DNA of 64,000 nucleotides from Verrucomicrobiales bacterium. Lineage in GTDB: Bacteria > Verrucomicrobiota > Verrucomicrobiia > Limisphaerales > F1-12-MAGs170. The stretch is from assembly GCA_005777315.1 (NCBI GenBank), contig SXMN01000316.1:208-64207 (forward strand). Reading direction: 5' to 3'. Position 1 is the stretch's first letter. Each line of letters starts with the position of its first letter. Positions 47,070-56,930 of this stretch are shown here, piece after piece. Below the pieces are notes generated by a model that was given only the letters and a program-made list of their open reading frames with translations, did not search any database and had not been told where the DNA came from. The translations under genes and the position numbers were made by a program.

Positions 47070-49460
47070 ATGACGAAGTTTCTTGGCCAGCTCCTCGGCT
47101 TGACATGCCTGTTTTTGGTTCAACTCACCGAAGTGCATGCCGTTTCGAGTCCGTTGCCCCATCCGGTTCTGTATGTGACGCAGGTGCCGCAACCAGCCGA
47201 CTTCACGACCATCGGAGCGCTGTTTGGGAATCATCGAGGCTCCATTCAAAGCGCGCCACGCGGCGGAGCGCTTTGGATCAGGCATCCTGACGGGAGCATT
47301 CGCAATCTCACCAAGGCAGCAGGTTTCGGTGTGGAGGGGGCGCAGCACAGCAGCGGGATCGCCGTTCGGGAACCGGCCATTCACTGGAGCGGCACGAAAG
47401 CCGTCTTCAGCATGGTCGTAGGCGCGCCAGATCGCCGTTATCAGGTGAAGGGGTTCTATTGGCAGCTTTACGAAATCACGAACTTCCTCGAAGCAAACTC
47501 AACTCCGATCATCACGAAAGTTCAGAACCAGCCATCGAACTACAACAACGTGGCGCCCTGCTACGGCACGGACGACCGGATCATCTTCGCTTCGGATCGG
47601 CCGCGCGACGGCCGGCGGCATCTCTATCCACAGCTCGATGAGTACGAAGAAGCGCCGGTTGTCACAGGGTTGTGGAATCTTGATCCAGCAACCGGTGATT
47701 TATTCCTGATGAACCACTCGCCCTCAGGCGTGTTCTCACCGAGCGTGGACAGTTTTGGAAGGGTCGTATTCGTGCGATGGGATCATCTGCAACGTGATCA
47801 ACAGGCCGACTCGGACGGCGCGAACGGCAGCTCCTACGGCACATTCAACTATTCAAGCGAAGCTCCGGATGCGCTGGTTCTCGCGAACAACCGGTCGGAA
47901 ATTTTCCCCGAGCCGCGACAGACTTCCAGCACAGCGAATGGCCACACGTTCAACCATTTCTTCCCCTGGCAGATCAATGAGGATGGAACGGAGGAGGAAA
48001 CATTGAACCATCTTGGCCGCCATGAGCTGGGCGGGAGCTATCGCACCGCTTCGTTCAACAACGATCCGAACATTCGCGAACTCTACTATTTCGGAAACAA
48101 GTTCAACACGAACACGCTGAACAATTTCATTCACCTGCGGGAATCGCCGGTCACTCCTGGGCTTTACTTCGGCATCGATTCGCCAGAGTTCGGCACGCAC
48201 AGCGCGGGGCAGGTGGTCGCGTTGGATTCGCACATCTCGACAAACGCTGATTTGTGCAAATTGCACTACTACACACACCGCGACACCGCCCATGCGAATG
48301 AGTCGCCGGGCGCGACTCATTCCGGCCTTTACCGCAATCCGCTTCCACTCAGCGATGGGCGCGTTGCAGTGATCCACACAGCCGAGACAAGGCAGGATCA
48401 GAACTCTGGCAGCAGCACAGCACCTAAATCGCGTTATGATTTCCGCCTCAAGTTTCTCGTGAAGGCGAACGGGGTTTGGACAGCGGGTGAAACGCTGACG
48501 CCAGGAATCAACGCAAGCGTGAGCTGGTGGTCGCCGGACGAACTCGTCACCTACAACGGGCCGCTTTGGGAACTCGATCCGGTCGAGGTCCGCCCGCGCA
48601 TCCGCCCCGCCCGTATCAATTCGCACGTTGCGGGTCCGGAGCTGGATGTCTTTTCCGAGGAAGGCGTGGATGTGGCAACCGTTCGCGAATTCCTTCGATC
48701 CAGGAACCTCGCATTGATCGTCAGTCGCGATGTGACCACACGTGATGCCGGAGATAAGATCCAGCCCTATAATCTCCGGGTGCCTGGTGGCACACAGACG
48801 ACCGGGACATCAGGAAAAATCTACGACATTGCACACCTTCAGCTTTATCAGGCTGACTTGATTCGCGGCATCGGAATGTACGCTGGCAAAGGCACGCCGC
48901 GCGACGGCCGTCGAGTCCTCGCCCAGCGGATGCATGATCCCGCCGTCGTCAACAATCCGCCCAATCCTGACGGACCGGAGGCCAGCGTGCGCATCTCTGC
49001 GGACGGTTCGGTGGCAGCGTTCGTGCCGGCACGGCGTGCCATGAGCTGGCAGACGACCGCACCCGATGGAACGCCGGTGGTCCGCGAGCGTTACTGGATC
49101 ACGTTTCAGCCGGGAGAAATCCGCGCGTGCCCAAGCTGCCACGGCGTGAACACACGCGACCAGGCCGGGCGTGGCATTCCCATGAACAAACCGCTGGCGT
49201 TGCGCGATCTGCTGCGACAATGGAAAACACAAAATCAGCCCGACTCAGTGCGGATCATTTCCGGCGGAATCGCTGCTGGCGCGTTTCGTTTGAACGTGGT
49301 TGGCAGAGCCGGTGTGCCAAACGTGATCGAATCGACAACTGACTTCTCCAATTGGACGCCAATCAATACAAACACACCCTCCAGCCCGGGTGCCTACTTC
49401 TTCGACGATTCTTCATTTGGCGCACAGCCTCAGCAGTTCTATCGCTTCCGCCTGAAATGA
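47070..49460 (+). CDS. large secreted protein with C-terminal CxxCH motif and ...FYR tail, unknown function
   Basis: Signal MTKFLGQLLGLTCLFLVQLTEVHA at the internal Met. Beta-rich, with a CPSCHG heme-c-type motif near residue 700 and the tail FSNWTPINT...QQFYRFRLK. Confidence 0.6.
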   Translation: MTKFLGQLLGLTCLFLVQLTEVHAVSSPLPHPVLYVTQVPQPADFTTIGALFGNHRGSIQSAPRGGALWIRHPDGSIRNLTKAAGFGVEGAQHSSGIAVREPAIHWSGTKAVFSMVVGAPDRRYQVKGFYWQLYEITNFLEANSTPIITKVQNQPSNYNNVAPCYGTDDRIIFASDRPRDGRRHLYPQLDEYEEAPVVTGLWNLDPATGDLFLMNHSPSGVFSPSVDSFGRVVFVRWDHLQRDQQADSDGANGSSYGTFNYSSEAPDALVLANNRSEIFPEPRQTSSTANGHTFNHFFPWQINEDGTEEETLNHLGRHELGGSYRTASFNNDPNIRELYYFGNKFNTNTLNNFIHLRESPVTPGLYFGIDSPEFGTHSAGQVVALDSHISTNADLCKLHYYTHRDTAHANESPGATHSGLYRNPLPLSDGRVAVIHTAETRQDQNSGSSTAPKSRYDFRLKFLVKANGVWTAGETLTPGINASVSWWSPDELVTYNGPLWELDPVEVRPRIRPARINSHVAGPELDVFSEEGVDVATVREFLRSRNLALIVSRDVTTRDAGDKIQPYNLRVPGGTQTTGTSGKIYDIAHLQLYQADLIRGIGMYAGKGTPRDGRRVLAQRMHDPAVVNNPPNPDGPEASVRISADGSVAAFVPARRAMSWQTTAPDGTPVVRERYWITFQPGEIRACPSCHGVNTRDQAGRGIPMNKPLALRDLLRQWKTQNQPDSVRIISGGIAAGAFRLNVVGRAGVPNVIESTTDFSNWTPINTNTPSSPGAYFFDDSSFGAQPQQFYRFRLK

Positions 49461-49611
49461 GCTGCCGAGTCGGAGGATTACGCAGACAAACCTCACCGAA
49501 GCAACTACTGGAGGAGACCGACAGTTGGGCTTACCCGGAGGGACGAAGGCTGATCGGCTTTCGTTCTGACAAACCAAAACGAGAAGCGACATAGTGCCGG
49601 GCGGTAAACCA

Positions 49612-50066
49612 ATGACAAACAACTCTCCTTTGCTCATCAAAGACAGTGTGAAAGACGGCGTGGACTTCGAGAGCAGCCCATCAAGACTCACGGAAATCCA
49701 GCAGTGGTCGAGTGGCTGGAGAGGGAGCAAGCGGACTGTTTCACCAGCACGGTTGTGATTGCTCAAATCGCCTACTGGATTCGCACCAAAGAAGGATGCG
49801 CCCGTCAACGGTTGCAGGACTGGCTGGCTGAATCTGTGGAAGCTCTTGAAGGAAGGATTCTGTCTTTCAACACAGCGACAGCTCACGTCTGGGCAAACCA
49901 AAAGATCCTGCCTGAAAAGAGCGGGAAGCTCATGTCGGTCGAGGACAGTTATATCGCCGCCACGGCCCGCCGTCACAACCTGACGATTGTGACCGGAAAC
50001 GATGCCGATTTCCGCCGGCCCGGATTGAAGGTCTTCAATCCATTCAAGGAACTGCCTGAGACTTGA
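49612..50066 (+). pseudogene. PIN-domain (VapC/FitB-like) toxin remnant, frame-disrupted, no antitoxin
   Basis: GTG-ORF 49704..50066 encodes the C-terminal two thirds of a PIN toxin (VVEWLERE...FTSTVVIAQIAYWI...SVEDSYIAATARRHNLTIVTGNDADF). The N-terminal part (ATG 49612, MTNNSPLLIKDSVKD...) is in another frame and lacks the usual LDTNV acidic motif. Confidence 0.55.
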
Positions 50067-50232
50067 ACAGTATTGATTCGCTTCGATGACACGACAGGCG
50101 GCCTTCGCATCAAGAGTTACTTGCGCGTCCGGGTCACGCAGGACGCGTGTGATTCGAATTCTTCAGGTTTTTGCCATTGACGGTCAGGAGGCGTTCGACG
50201 CAATCATCCGGCTGACCCGGCTAAACTCGTTT

Positions 50233-51054
50233 ATGAAACTTCTTAAATCCATTTCCGTTGCCACTGCGCTCGCCGCGATGGTGTTCGTTTCCGCCACTCC
50301 TGTTTCCGCCGCTGACGAACCACTGACCATCGGCATGCAAACCTGGACGCTCCGTAATCTCAACTTTGACCAGATGGTCGAGTTCGCCGTGAAGCACAAG
50401 ATCAAGTATCTGGAATTGATCCCGGCGCACATTGATCCGAAGTCGTCCAAGGAGGACTTGCAGAAGAAAAAGGACATCTTCGAGAAGAAGGGACTCGTGC
50501 CCTATACCTTCGGAGTCGCAGGCACTTCGCTGAACAAGGAGGAAAACCGCAAGCTCTTTGAATTCGCCAAGTTCATGGGCATGAAACTTATTGTCGTGGA
50601 GCCGAGCGACTTCAAAATTTTCGACAACCTGGAGGAGCTGGTCAAAGAGTACGACATCAAGATTGCCATTCACAACCACGGCATCAACTCGATGTACGGG
50701 AACCCGCTGGTGGTACGCGCCCTTCTCAAGCATCGTGATTCGCGGATCGGTGTGTGCCTGGATACCGGATGGATCGCGAGCGCGCGTTTCGATCCGTCCA
50801 AAGTGTTCAAGGAATACGAAGGCCGCGTTTATGACATCCACTTGAAGGATAAAAAGGTCAACTCAACCGAGACAGGCGATGTTGCCGTGGACACTTTCAT
50901 TGGGGACGGGAACGCCAGGCTCAAGGAATTTTTCAAGACGCTCAAGGATGCACGTTACACCGGCGTGCTGGCAATCGAGACGGACAACAACCTCAAGGAT
51001 CCGACTGAACACGTCACGAAGGCGCTGAAGTTCTACGCCGATAACAAGCCGTGA
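50233..51054 (+). CDS. Sec-signal sugar phosphate isomerase/epimerase (xylose isomerase-like TIM barrel)
   Basis: Signal MKLLKSISVATALAAMVFVSATPVSA at the internal Met. IAIHNHG and CLDTGW motifs, with the same fold as 14051..15004. Confidence 0.75.
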   Translation: MKLLKSISVATALAAMVFVSATPVSAADEPLTIGMQTWTLRNLNFDQMVEFAVKHKIKYLELIPAHIDPKSSKEDLQKKKDIFEKKGLVPYTFGVAGTSLNKEENRKLFEFAKFMGMKLIVVEPSDFKIFDNLEELVKEYDIKIAIHNHGINSMYGNPLVVRALLKHRDSRIGVCLDTGWIASARFDPSKVFKEYEGRVYDIHLKDKKVNSTETGDVAVDTFIGDGNARLKEFFKTLKDARYTGVLAIETDNNLKDPTEHVTKALKFYADNKP

Positions 51055-51118
51055 TTTTCTGACCAGGCAATCCACTTCTTCGCCTGAAGAGCTCCTGCCT
51101 CATCTCTCGGCGAATTTG

Positions 51119-54100
51119 TTACCGGATGTAAACAAACTCCGTGCTGTTGAGGAGCGCCCAGCACAGATTCTCCAAGCGTGTGGACGCCGCGAGTTTCTCC
51201 GCCTCCTTCAGCTCGTCAGGCGAAGGCTGGCGGGCCAGGCAATGGAGGTAGGCGCGCCGGATGGCTGATCGGGTGTTGTTTCCAGCTTCAGCGCGGACAC
51301 GGTCGGCAAGGCTCTCCGCCTGCCGATGCACGAAGGAGTTGTTCATCAAGCTCAATGCCTGGAGTGGCGTGGTGGTCGAGCCTCGGCGCGGTGTTTTTAC
51401 CGACGGGTCGGGACAATCGAATGTTTCAAGCATCGGATCCTTGCCCGAGTTGATGTTCATGCGATAAACGGTGCGACGATTATACTCCGGACCGGTTTTG
51501 TCGGTGGGAATGTAGAAGGTGGCGTTGAAACTTTTCGTGTCGAACGGACGGAAACTCGGACCGCCCGCCACAAAATTCAGTTCACCGCTGACGGCCAGCA
51601 TGGCGTCGCGCACCGCCTCGGCTGAAAGCCGCTGGGGGGTGAAGCGCCAGAGAAGTTGATTCTCGGCGTCTTTGCCGGCTGCGATCGTGTTATTCGCGGA
51701 TGACTGCCGATACGTGGCCGAGGTGACAATGAGCCGGTGCAATGCCTTCACGCTCCAGCCTTGCCGGATGAACTCGGCCGCCAGCCAGTCGAGCAACTCT
51801 GGATGTGTGGGTTTCGAACCGCTGGCCCCGAAGTCGTTGGCGGTGGCGACAAGTCCCGCACCGAAATGGTGCTGCCAGACACGATTGACCATGACCCGTG
51901 CCGGGATCGGATTGAGTGGATCCGCCAGCCAGTCCGCGAATTTCAGCCGCCGGTCCGCTTCAGGCGCATCCGGGGCGAGCCCGAAGCTGGCTGGCACATG
52001 TTCGATGGCGGCGAGGGCACCAGGATTGACGAGCTCTGCCGGCGAGCGAACGTCTCCGCGCTTCAGGCGATGTGTGGGCTCGGGTTGTTTCCGGATGCCC
52101 GCGTAGGAGACGGGCAATGTTGGCAGCATCTGGAGTTTCTCCCGCTCGGACGAAACGTTCGCCAACAGTGTCTGGTGGCGGTTTCTCTCGTCGTTCGAGA
52201 GTGAGGCGAGGATCTCCGCAGCCGAGACATGATGCGGCGATTTCACGCAGATCGCAGCGATTTCTTCTGCTGTCAACGCTTGGCCGTGGAGCGATGCTTC
52301 CTCGATCTCTCCAGTCAGAAATGGCTTCGCGCCGCCTGAGTGTCGTTTACCTAGGAGGATACGCGCTGCTCCCGCTTTGAAGGTCTGGACGGCTCCGCCT
52401 GGTTTGTAGGTGGAGCCGTATGGTTTCCCATTTCGGTAAAGCGTGATCGAGCCGTCAGCTTGATAGGTGACGGCAACATGCACTAACTCCCTCGCGCTTG
52501 CATGTTCTCCAGTAACGTTGAGATCCTTGGTTCGGGTGAATCCTTCGCTGCCCGCGGTCCACTTGCCGCGCTGCCGTTCTCCGAACACGATGGCGTCAAA
52601 CGGCACACCGCTTACTCCCTCGATCGAGATGACGCCGCCCCCGCCTTGATCGGTGGTAGTCAGCGAAACCCAGGCGGCCAAGGTCTTCTCGCGGACGTCC
52701 ATCTTGACTGGCTCTGTTTCGAGAAAGGCGTCTTTGCCATCGAGAATGAGGCGGCCACGTTCAATCCTGGCACCGCCGCGGAGTTCGCCGGTCATGCCGG
52801 TGATCTCATCGCGCGCGTCGCGTTCAAAGCGCCAGTGTGCGATTGGAGTGGGAAAAGGAAGGACGGGGTTTTGAGTTCTCAATGCTCCCGCTTTTTCGGT
52901 CGAGTTCTGTGAACCCACCTCACCCCGACCCTCTCCCCCCGTCCGACGGGCGGAGAGGGAGAGTGATCCACCGCGTTTTTTGTCGTCGTTGCTCAGATTG
53001 GGTTCCAGGTCTGTGACTTTTCCAGTGGTTGAAGTTTCGTCGGATTGTCGGAGGCGAACACGGTCGGCCTGCACTCTTGCCCTCGCATGAGCTTCGATCA
53101 TCGCAATCTCCTTCTGAAGCGAACCCAAGCTCTCCGTCAATTTCGCGACACGTTCCTCGCGCTCCTTGACCTCGGCGGGGGTGGCAATGACGCGCTCACC
53201 GTGACGAACTCCATCAAAGACAGCTTTTACCTGGTAGTACTCGTAATGCGGAATTGGATCGAACTTGTGCGAGTGGCAGCGGGCACAGTTCAAGGTCAGC
53301 CCAAGGAATGTCTGGCCCACGACGCTCAGGAGATCCTCCATCTCCTCTTCACGCGTTGTCATTCGTTGGGCCACGTTTGCCTGGCCATTTCCAGCCTGAT
53401 CCCATGCGCCACAAACCAGGAGGCTCGTTGCAACAATTCCGTCGGTGGTCACCGGCTCCATGACATCGCCGGCGATCTGTTCGCGCATGAACTCGTCGTA
53501 GGGTTTGTCCTGATTGAACGCGTTGATCACATAGTCGCGGTAGTGCCAGGCGTTTTCCCTCATGTGATCATATTCGAAGCCCTGGCTCTCCGTGTAACGC
53601 GCCACGTCCAACCAGTGGCGACCCCAGCGCTCGCCGTATTGCGGCAGTACAAGCAATCGATCGACAACCTTTTCATAAGCATGTCGTGACTTGTCTTTGA
53701 GAAATGCATCCAACTGGGCCGGCGTCGGTGGCAGGCCGGTCAGATCGAAACATAGCCTGCGCAACAGAGTGGCGCGATCCGCCTCCGGGGAGGGACTCAA
53801 TCCGGCCTTTTCCAACCCAGCTCGGATGAAGAGATCAATGGGATTGACGATTGGCGATTGGCGATTGGCAAGGTGCGGAAGTGGTGGGCGATTGATCGGC
53901 TGAAACGCCCAGTGGGTTCTGCCGGATGAACCTTCCTCTACAGGCTCCGACCAGACCGCACCCTGGTCAATCCATGCGCGAAGCAACTGGATCTGCTCCT
54001 TGCTCAAAGGCTCTCCTTGTTGAGGCATCCGGTGATCGGGGTTCGGGTCGGACACCAATTTAATCAACCGGCTGTCCATGCTCTTGCCCGCCACAAAAGC

Positions 54101-54358
54101 CGGACCAGAATCTCCACCGATCAAAGCGCCAGAACGCGAATCGAGTCGCAGGCCGGACTTCCGCTTCTCCGCCCCGTGGCACCTGACGCATCGTGATTCG
54201 AGGAGGGGGCGGATCTCGGTCGCAAAATCCACAGTTCTCCCTGGCGACTCCAGGGCCTCAGGAGCTCCGGTCGCCATTTCAAGATTGGCGGACACGACGA
54301 GAGCAAACAAGGCGATCAAGAAGCCGAACCGGCGGGGAATGTTTGGTTCATCCATCAT
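51119..54358 (-). CDS. PSCyt1 cytochrome c + DUF1549 + LamG-like + DUF1553 multidomain secreted protein
   Basis: FATEIRPLLESRCVRCHGAEKRKSGLRLDS is PSCyt1. LLRRLCFDLTGLPPTPAQLDAFLKD..YGERWGRHWLDVARY is DUF1549. CARCHSHKFDP is also present. The LamG-like block runs AHWRFE...LAAWVSL...VHVAVTY..ITLYRNGKPYG. NPIPARVMVNRVWQHHFG is DUF1553. Confidence 0.85.
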   Translation of the reverse strand: MMDEPNIPRRFGFLIALFALVVSANLEMATGAPEALESPGRTVDFATEIRPLLESRCVRCHGAEKRKSGLRLDSRSGALIGGDSGPAFVAGKSMDSRLIKLVSDPNPDHRMPQQGEPLSKEQIQLLRAWIDQGAVWSEPVEEGSSGRTHWAFQPINRPPLPHLANRQSPIVNPIDLFIRAGLEKAGLSPSPEADRATLLRRLCFDLTGLPPTPAQLDAFLKDKSRHAYEKVVDRLLVLPQYGERWGRHWLDVARYTESQGFEYDHMRENAWHYRDYVINAFNQDKPYDEFMREQIAGDVMEPVTTDGIVATSLLVCGAWDQAGNGQANVAQRMTTREEEMEDLLSVVGQTFLGLTLNCARCHSHKFDPIPHYEYYQVKAVFDGVRHGERVIATPAEVKEREERVAKLTESLGSLQKEIAMIEAHARARVQADRVRLRQSDETSTTGKVTDLEPNLSNDDKKRGGSLSLSARRTGGEGRGEVGSQNSTEKAGALRTQNPVLPFPTPIAHWRFERDARDEITGMTGELRGGARIERGRLILDGKDAFLETEPVKMDVREKTLAAWVSLTTTDQGGGGVISIEGVSGVPFDAIVFGERQRGKWTAGSEGFTRTKDLNVTGEHASARELVHVAVTYQADGSITLYRNGKPYGSTYKPGGAVQTFKAGAARILLGKRHSGGAKPFLTGEIEEASLHGQALTAEEIAAICVKSPHHVSAAEILASLSNDERNRHQTLLANVSSEREKLQMLPTLPVSYAGIRKQPEPTHRLKRGDVRSPAELVNPGALAAIEHVPASFGLAPDAPEADRRLKFADWLADPLNPIPARVMVNRVWQHHFGAGLVATANDFGASGSKPTHPELLDWLAAEFIRQGWSVKALHRLIVTSATYRQSSANNTIAAGKDAENQLLWRFTPQRLSAEAVRDAMLAVSGELNFVAGGPSFRPFDTKSFNATFYIPTDKTGPEYNRRTVYRMNINSGKDPMLETFDCPDPSVKTPRRGSTTTPLQALSLMNNSFVHRQAESLADRVRAEAGNNTRSAIRRAYLHCLARQPSPDELKEAEKLAASTRLENLCWALLNSTEFVYIR

Positions 54359-54560
54359 GGACCATGGTGCCGGGATCGCTTAAGGCCGTATATCAAAACC
54401 AGCGAGGTCATCAGGCGTAGAAGAGTATCAGGCATAAAAAAGTGTTGCATGGCTGGCAACTGGAGAAACTAGCCGCCAATCCTTCTGAGCCCAATCAAAT
54501 TTTTGATTTGGAAACGAGCTTTACGCGGATGACCAGCAGGAGTAACAAGGGGCTGTTCTT

Positions 54561-55319
54561 ATGAAACCCTCCAAACTCCTCAGGGCATTCACACTCATCG
54601 AACTGCTCGTTGTGATTGCCATCATCGCTATCCTGGCGGGCATGTTGCTCCCGGCACTCTCACGAGCGAAGTTCCGCGCAAAAGTTGTGAACTGCACCTC
54701 GAATTACCGCCAGTGGGGAATCGCGGTGAACTTGTATGCGGTGGACGATACCCGTGGCCGGCTCCCAGCCTTCAAAATGCCGCGAACAGGTTTGAATCCT
54801 TGGGACGTCTCGCTCGACATGGCGCCAAAGCTCGAGCCCTACGGCTTGACGGTGCCAATGTGGTACTGCCCAACCCGGCCCTGGGATTTCGCGGACGCGC
54901 AAAAGTGGTTTTCGACTCAGAAGAAGGGCGAGCAACTGCGCACAATCCAGGACTTGAACAAGTATTTCGTCCGGCAGTACGCCAACTTCGCCATCATCTG
55001 GCATTGCTGGTGGGTGCCTCGTCAGCTTGATGACGGCACCATGTTTCCGACACCCACCACTTCCGGCACGTTCACTCGCACCAAGGATGGGTGGCCCACA
55101 CGTCTGGAGGATCCAGTGGCCTCGCTCCAGCCGGTGATTACTGATCTATGCCTGGCATCAGGCACCAGAACCACCAATGTCGCCAGCGCGCAAGGAGGGC
55201 ATCCCATCGGAAACAAGCCTCAAAGCGTGAACCTCGCCTTCGCCGACGGCCATGTTGAATCGCGCAACTTCAAGCAGATTCAGTGGCAGCAGTCGGGCAA
55301 CTGGACCACATTCTATTGA
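54561..55319 (+). CDS. prepilin-type N-terminal cleavage/methylation domain protein, H-X9-DG family
   Basis: [51 protein letters not shown] and C-terminal [14 protein letters not shown]. Confidence 0.85.
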   Translation: MKPSKLLRAFTLIELLVVIAIIAILAGMLLPALSRAKFRAKVVNCTSNYRQWGIAVNLYAVDDTRGRLPAFKMPRTGLNPWDVSLDMAPKLEPYGLTVPMWYCPTRPWDFADAQKWFSTQKKGEQLRTIQDLNKYFVRQYANFAIIWHCWWVPRQLDDGTMFPTPTTSGTFTRTKDGWPTRLEDPVASLQPVITDLCLASGTRTTNVASAQGGHPIGNKPQSVNLAFADGHVESRNFKQIQWQQSGNWTTFY

Positions 55320-55336
55320 ACTGCCAGCGGGGTTCA

Positions 55337-56104
55337 TCAGGAGAAAAGTCCGGTCCAGACTGGATTCGTCAGTGACATGCGGACCACGTCCTGCCGCCGT
55401 CCTTGAATGACAGCCTCCTCAAAGAACACGCCCTCAAGCGCAAATCCAAAACGGCTGTTCAGATTGAGGTTGCGGATGTTGATGTCCATGGAGTGCAGAA
55501 ACACCTTGTAAAATTTTCGGATGAGGAAGGTGTGGAAGAGGAAGAGGAACGTCGCGCGTTTCCCGATGCCTTTGCCGCGAGCGGAGGGATTCCCAACGAG
55601 CTTGCGCATCTCCAGCCGGGCGGAATGGACATCGATGTTTTCCGCTCCGATGATTCCGGAAGGTTCTCCTTCGTGAAGGATGCAAAAGTAATCCCGCCCC
55701 GCTGAAGTGACGTATTTCCGCAGATCCGCCTCTTTCTCCGGAAATTGCGGATAGAAACTGTCACTCGCCGCCGGCACCTTGAGCCAGTCCAACAGAATTG
55801 GAGTCCAGCGCAGGTCGAAAGGAACAAGGCTCACCTGTTGCAGCGAGAGCTGTTTCGAGGCGTTCCAATCGTCACGCACGTCCTTTATGCCAAACAGGCG
55901 GTTGTAGTGTTCAGGATCGGGACCGGCTTGTTGAGTGCCTTGGAGCACATTGTCCAAAAGATGACCCGCGACAGTCAGGACTTCAGCATGATTGACACCG
56001 TACTTGGTCAACTCATTAAAAAAGCCCTTTGAGACCAACTTCAACATTTGTTCGTGCTGCTTCCTTACTGGTGAAGGTGCCTCCTCGTTCTGAGTCATGG
56101 TCAT
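55337..56104 (-). CDS. GNAT N-acetyltransferase with about 100-aa N-terminal extension
   Basis: The C-terminal GNAT core is LEMRKLVGNPSARGKGIGKRATFLFLFHTF...VFLHSMDINIRNLNLNSRFGFALEG (motif A Q/RxxGxG/A). The N-terminal helical extension is of unknown family. Confidence 0.7.
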   Translation of the reverse strand: MTMTQNEEAPSPVRKQHEQMLKLVSKGFFNELTKYGVNHAEVLTVAGHLLDNVLQGTQQAGPDPEHYNRLFGIKDVRDDWNASKQLSLQQVSLVPFDLRWTPILLDWLKVPAASDSFYPQFPEKEADLRKYVTSAGRDYFCILHEGEPSGIIGAENIDVHSARLEMRKLVGNPSARGKGIGKRATFLFLFHTFLIRKFYKVFLHSMDINIRNLNLNSRFGFALEGVFFEEAVIQGRRQDVVRMSLTNPVWTGLFS

Positions 56105-56220
56105 GAGTACAGGTTGAACCCGGCGGCTCCAGTGTCAATAGTTGCAATGTCCTGTTACTATCCCGATCCTTCTCTCAAAGCCTGTGAAACGGGCTGGCGT
56201 TCTGGAACACATTTGTCATT

Positions 56221-56580
56221 GTGGAGCGAGAAAATCATCGACCAATGTCCATTGGACAGATGTTCGAGCTGGTTTCAAAATTGCTGAAATTCGTTGTCAG
56301 AGGTGACGTTGATGTTAAGTTCTCTCGCGACTCAGCGTTGCTTGTTAGTTCTATGCCTAGCGACAATGACATTAATGCCAATGATTTGGTAAGGAACTCA
56401 TCGCTTTACCGTGAGTTTCAAGCTGAACGGGAAGAGATCCTGAAGCACAAGTGGATCGAATCAGAGAAGGCCGGATATGACATCGGTTTCGAGCAGGCTC
56501 TGACCGAGTGGATCATCAAGCACCGGTCCAAGTGGCGCAAAGCCAGGCAACAGTCCCAAGCGCAGCCAGCCGACGGTTGA
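56221..56580 (+). CDS. hypothetical small protein with conserved-looking KHKWIESEKAGYDIG motif
   Basis: 119-aa GTG ORF. The C-terminal EREEILKHKWIESEKAGYDIGFEQALTEWIIKHRSKWRKARQ looks like a conserved helical motif that I cannot assign to a family with confidence. Confidence 0.4.
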   Translation: MERENHRPMSIGQMFELVSKLLKFVVRGDVDVKFSRDSALLVSSMPSDNDINANDLVRNSSLYREFQAEREEILKHKWIESEKAGYDIGFEQALTEWIIKHRSKWRKARQQSQAQPADG

Positions 56581-56874
56581 ACTGTAGTCTTCCTGCTCTT
56601 CATCCTCGGCACCTATTTGCAATTCCGCAGCTGAACGGGTCGAATTGCTCCAGAAAAGCCCCTCAAAGTTCGCCGCGAAAGGGCAGGGAGTTTTAGAGAT
56701 GTCTGAAAATTGCGTGAGGTCCTGCGGCGAGGGATTTTGGGCGGGCCAAGGCGGCGAGGCCGGAGCATCCCCGCAGCGGGCTGTGAGGGCCGAGCCAACG
56801 CAGGCCACGGCCAAAAGACCCGCCGCCCGAAGGGGTTTCGAGGAAAAGTCCGTCTTGCGGATGAGCCTGCTCAT
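56461..56874 (-). CDS. questionable lipoprotein-like ORF
   Basis: 137-aa ORF with LLAVACVGSALTARCG. Its ATG overlaps (ATGA) the stop of the read-through frame of the upstream small ORF. However, it overlaps 56221..56580 antisense by 120 nt and is compositionally odd. Confidence 0.25.
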   Translation of the reverse strand: MSRLIRKTDFSSKPLRAAGLLAVACVGSALTARCGDAPASPPWPAQNPSPQDLTQFSDISKTPCPFAANFEGLFWSNSTRSAAELQIGAEDEEQEDYSSTVGWLRLGLLPGFAPLGPVLDDPLGQSLLETDVISGLL

Positions 56875-56930
56875 TCACCGCTCTTCTCACGGAGAACCTG
56901 CGCAGCCACGTCTTCGAGATCCTGACGCGA

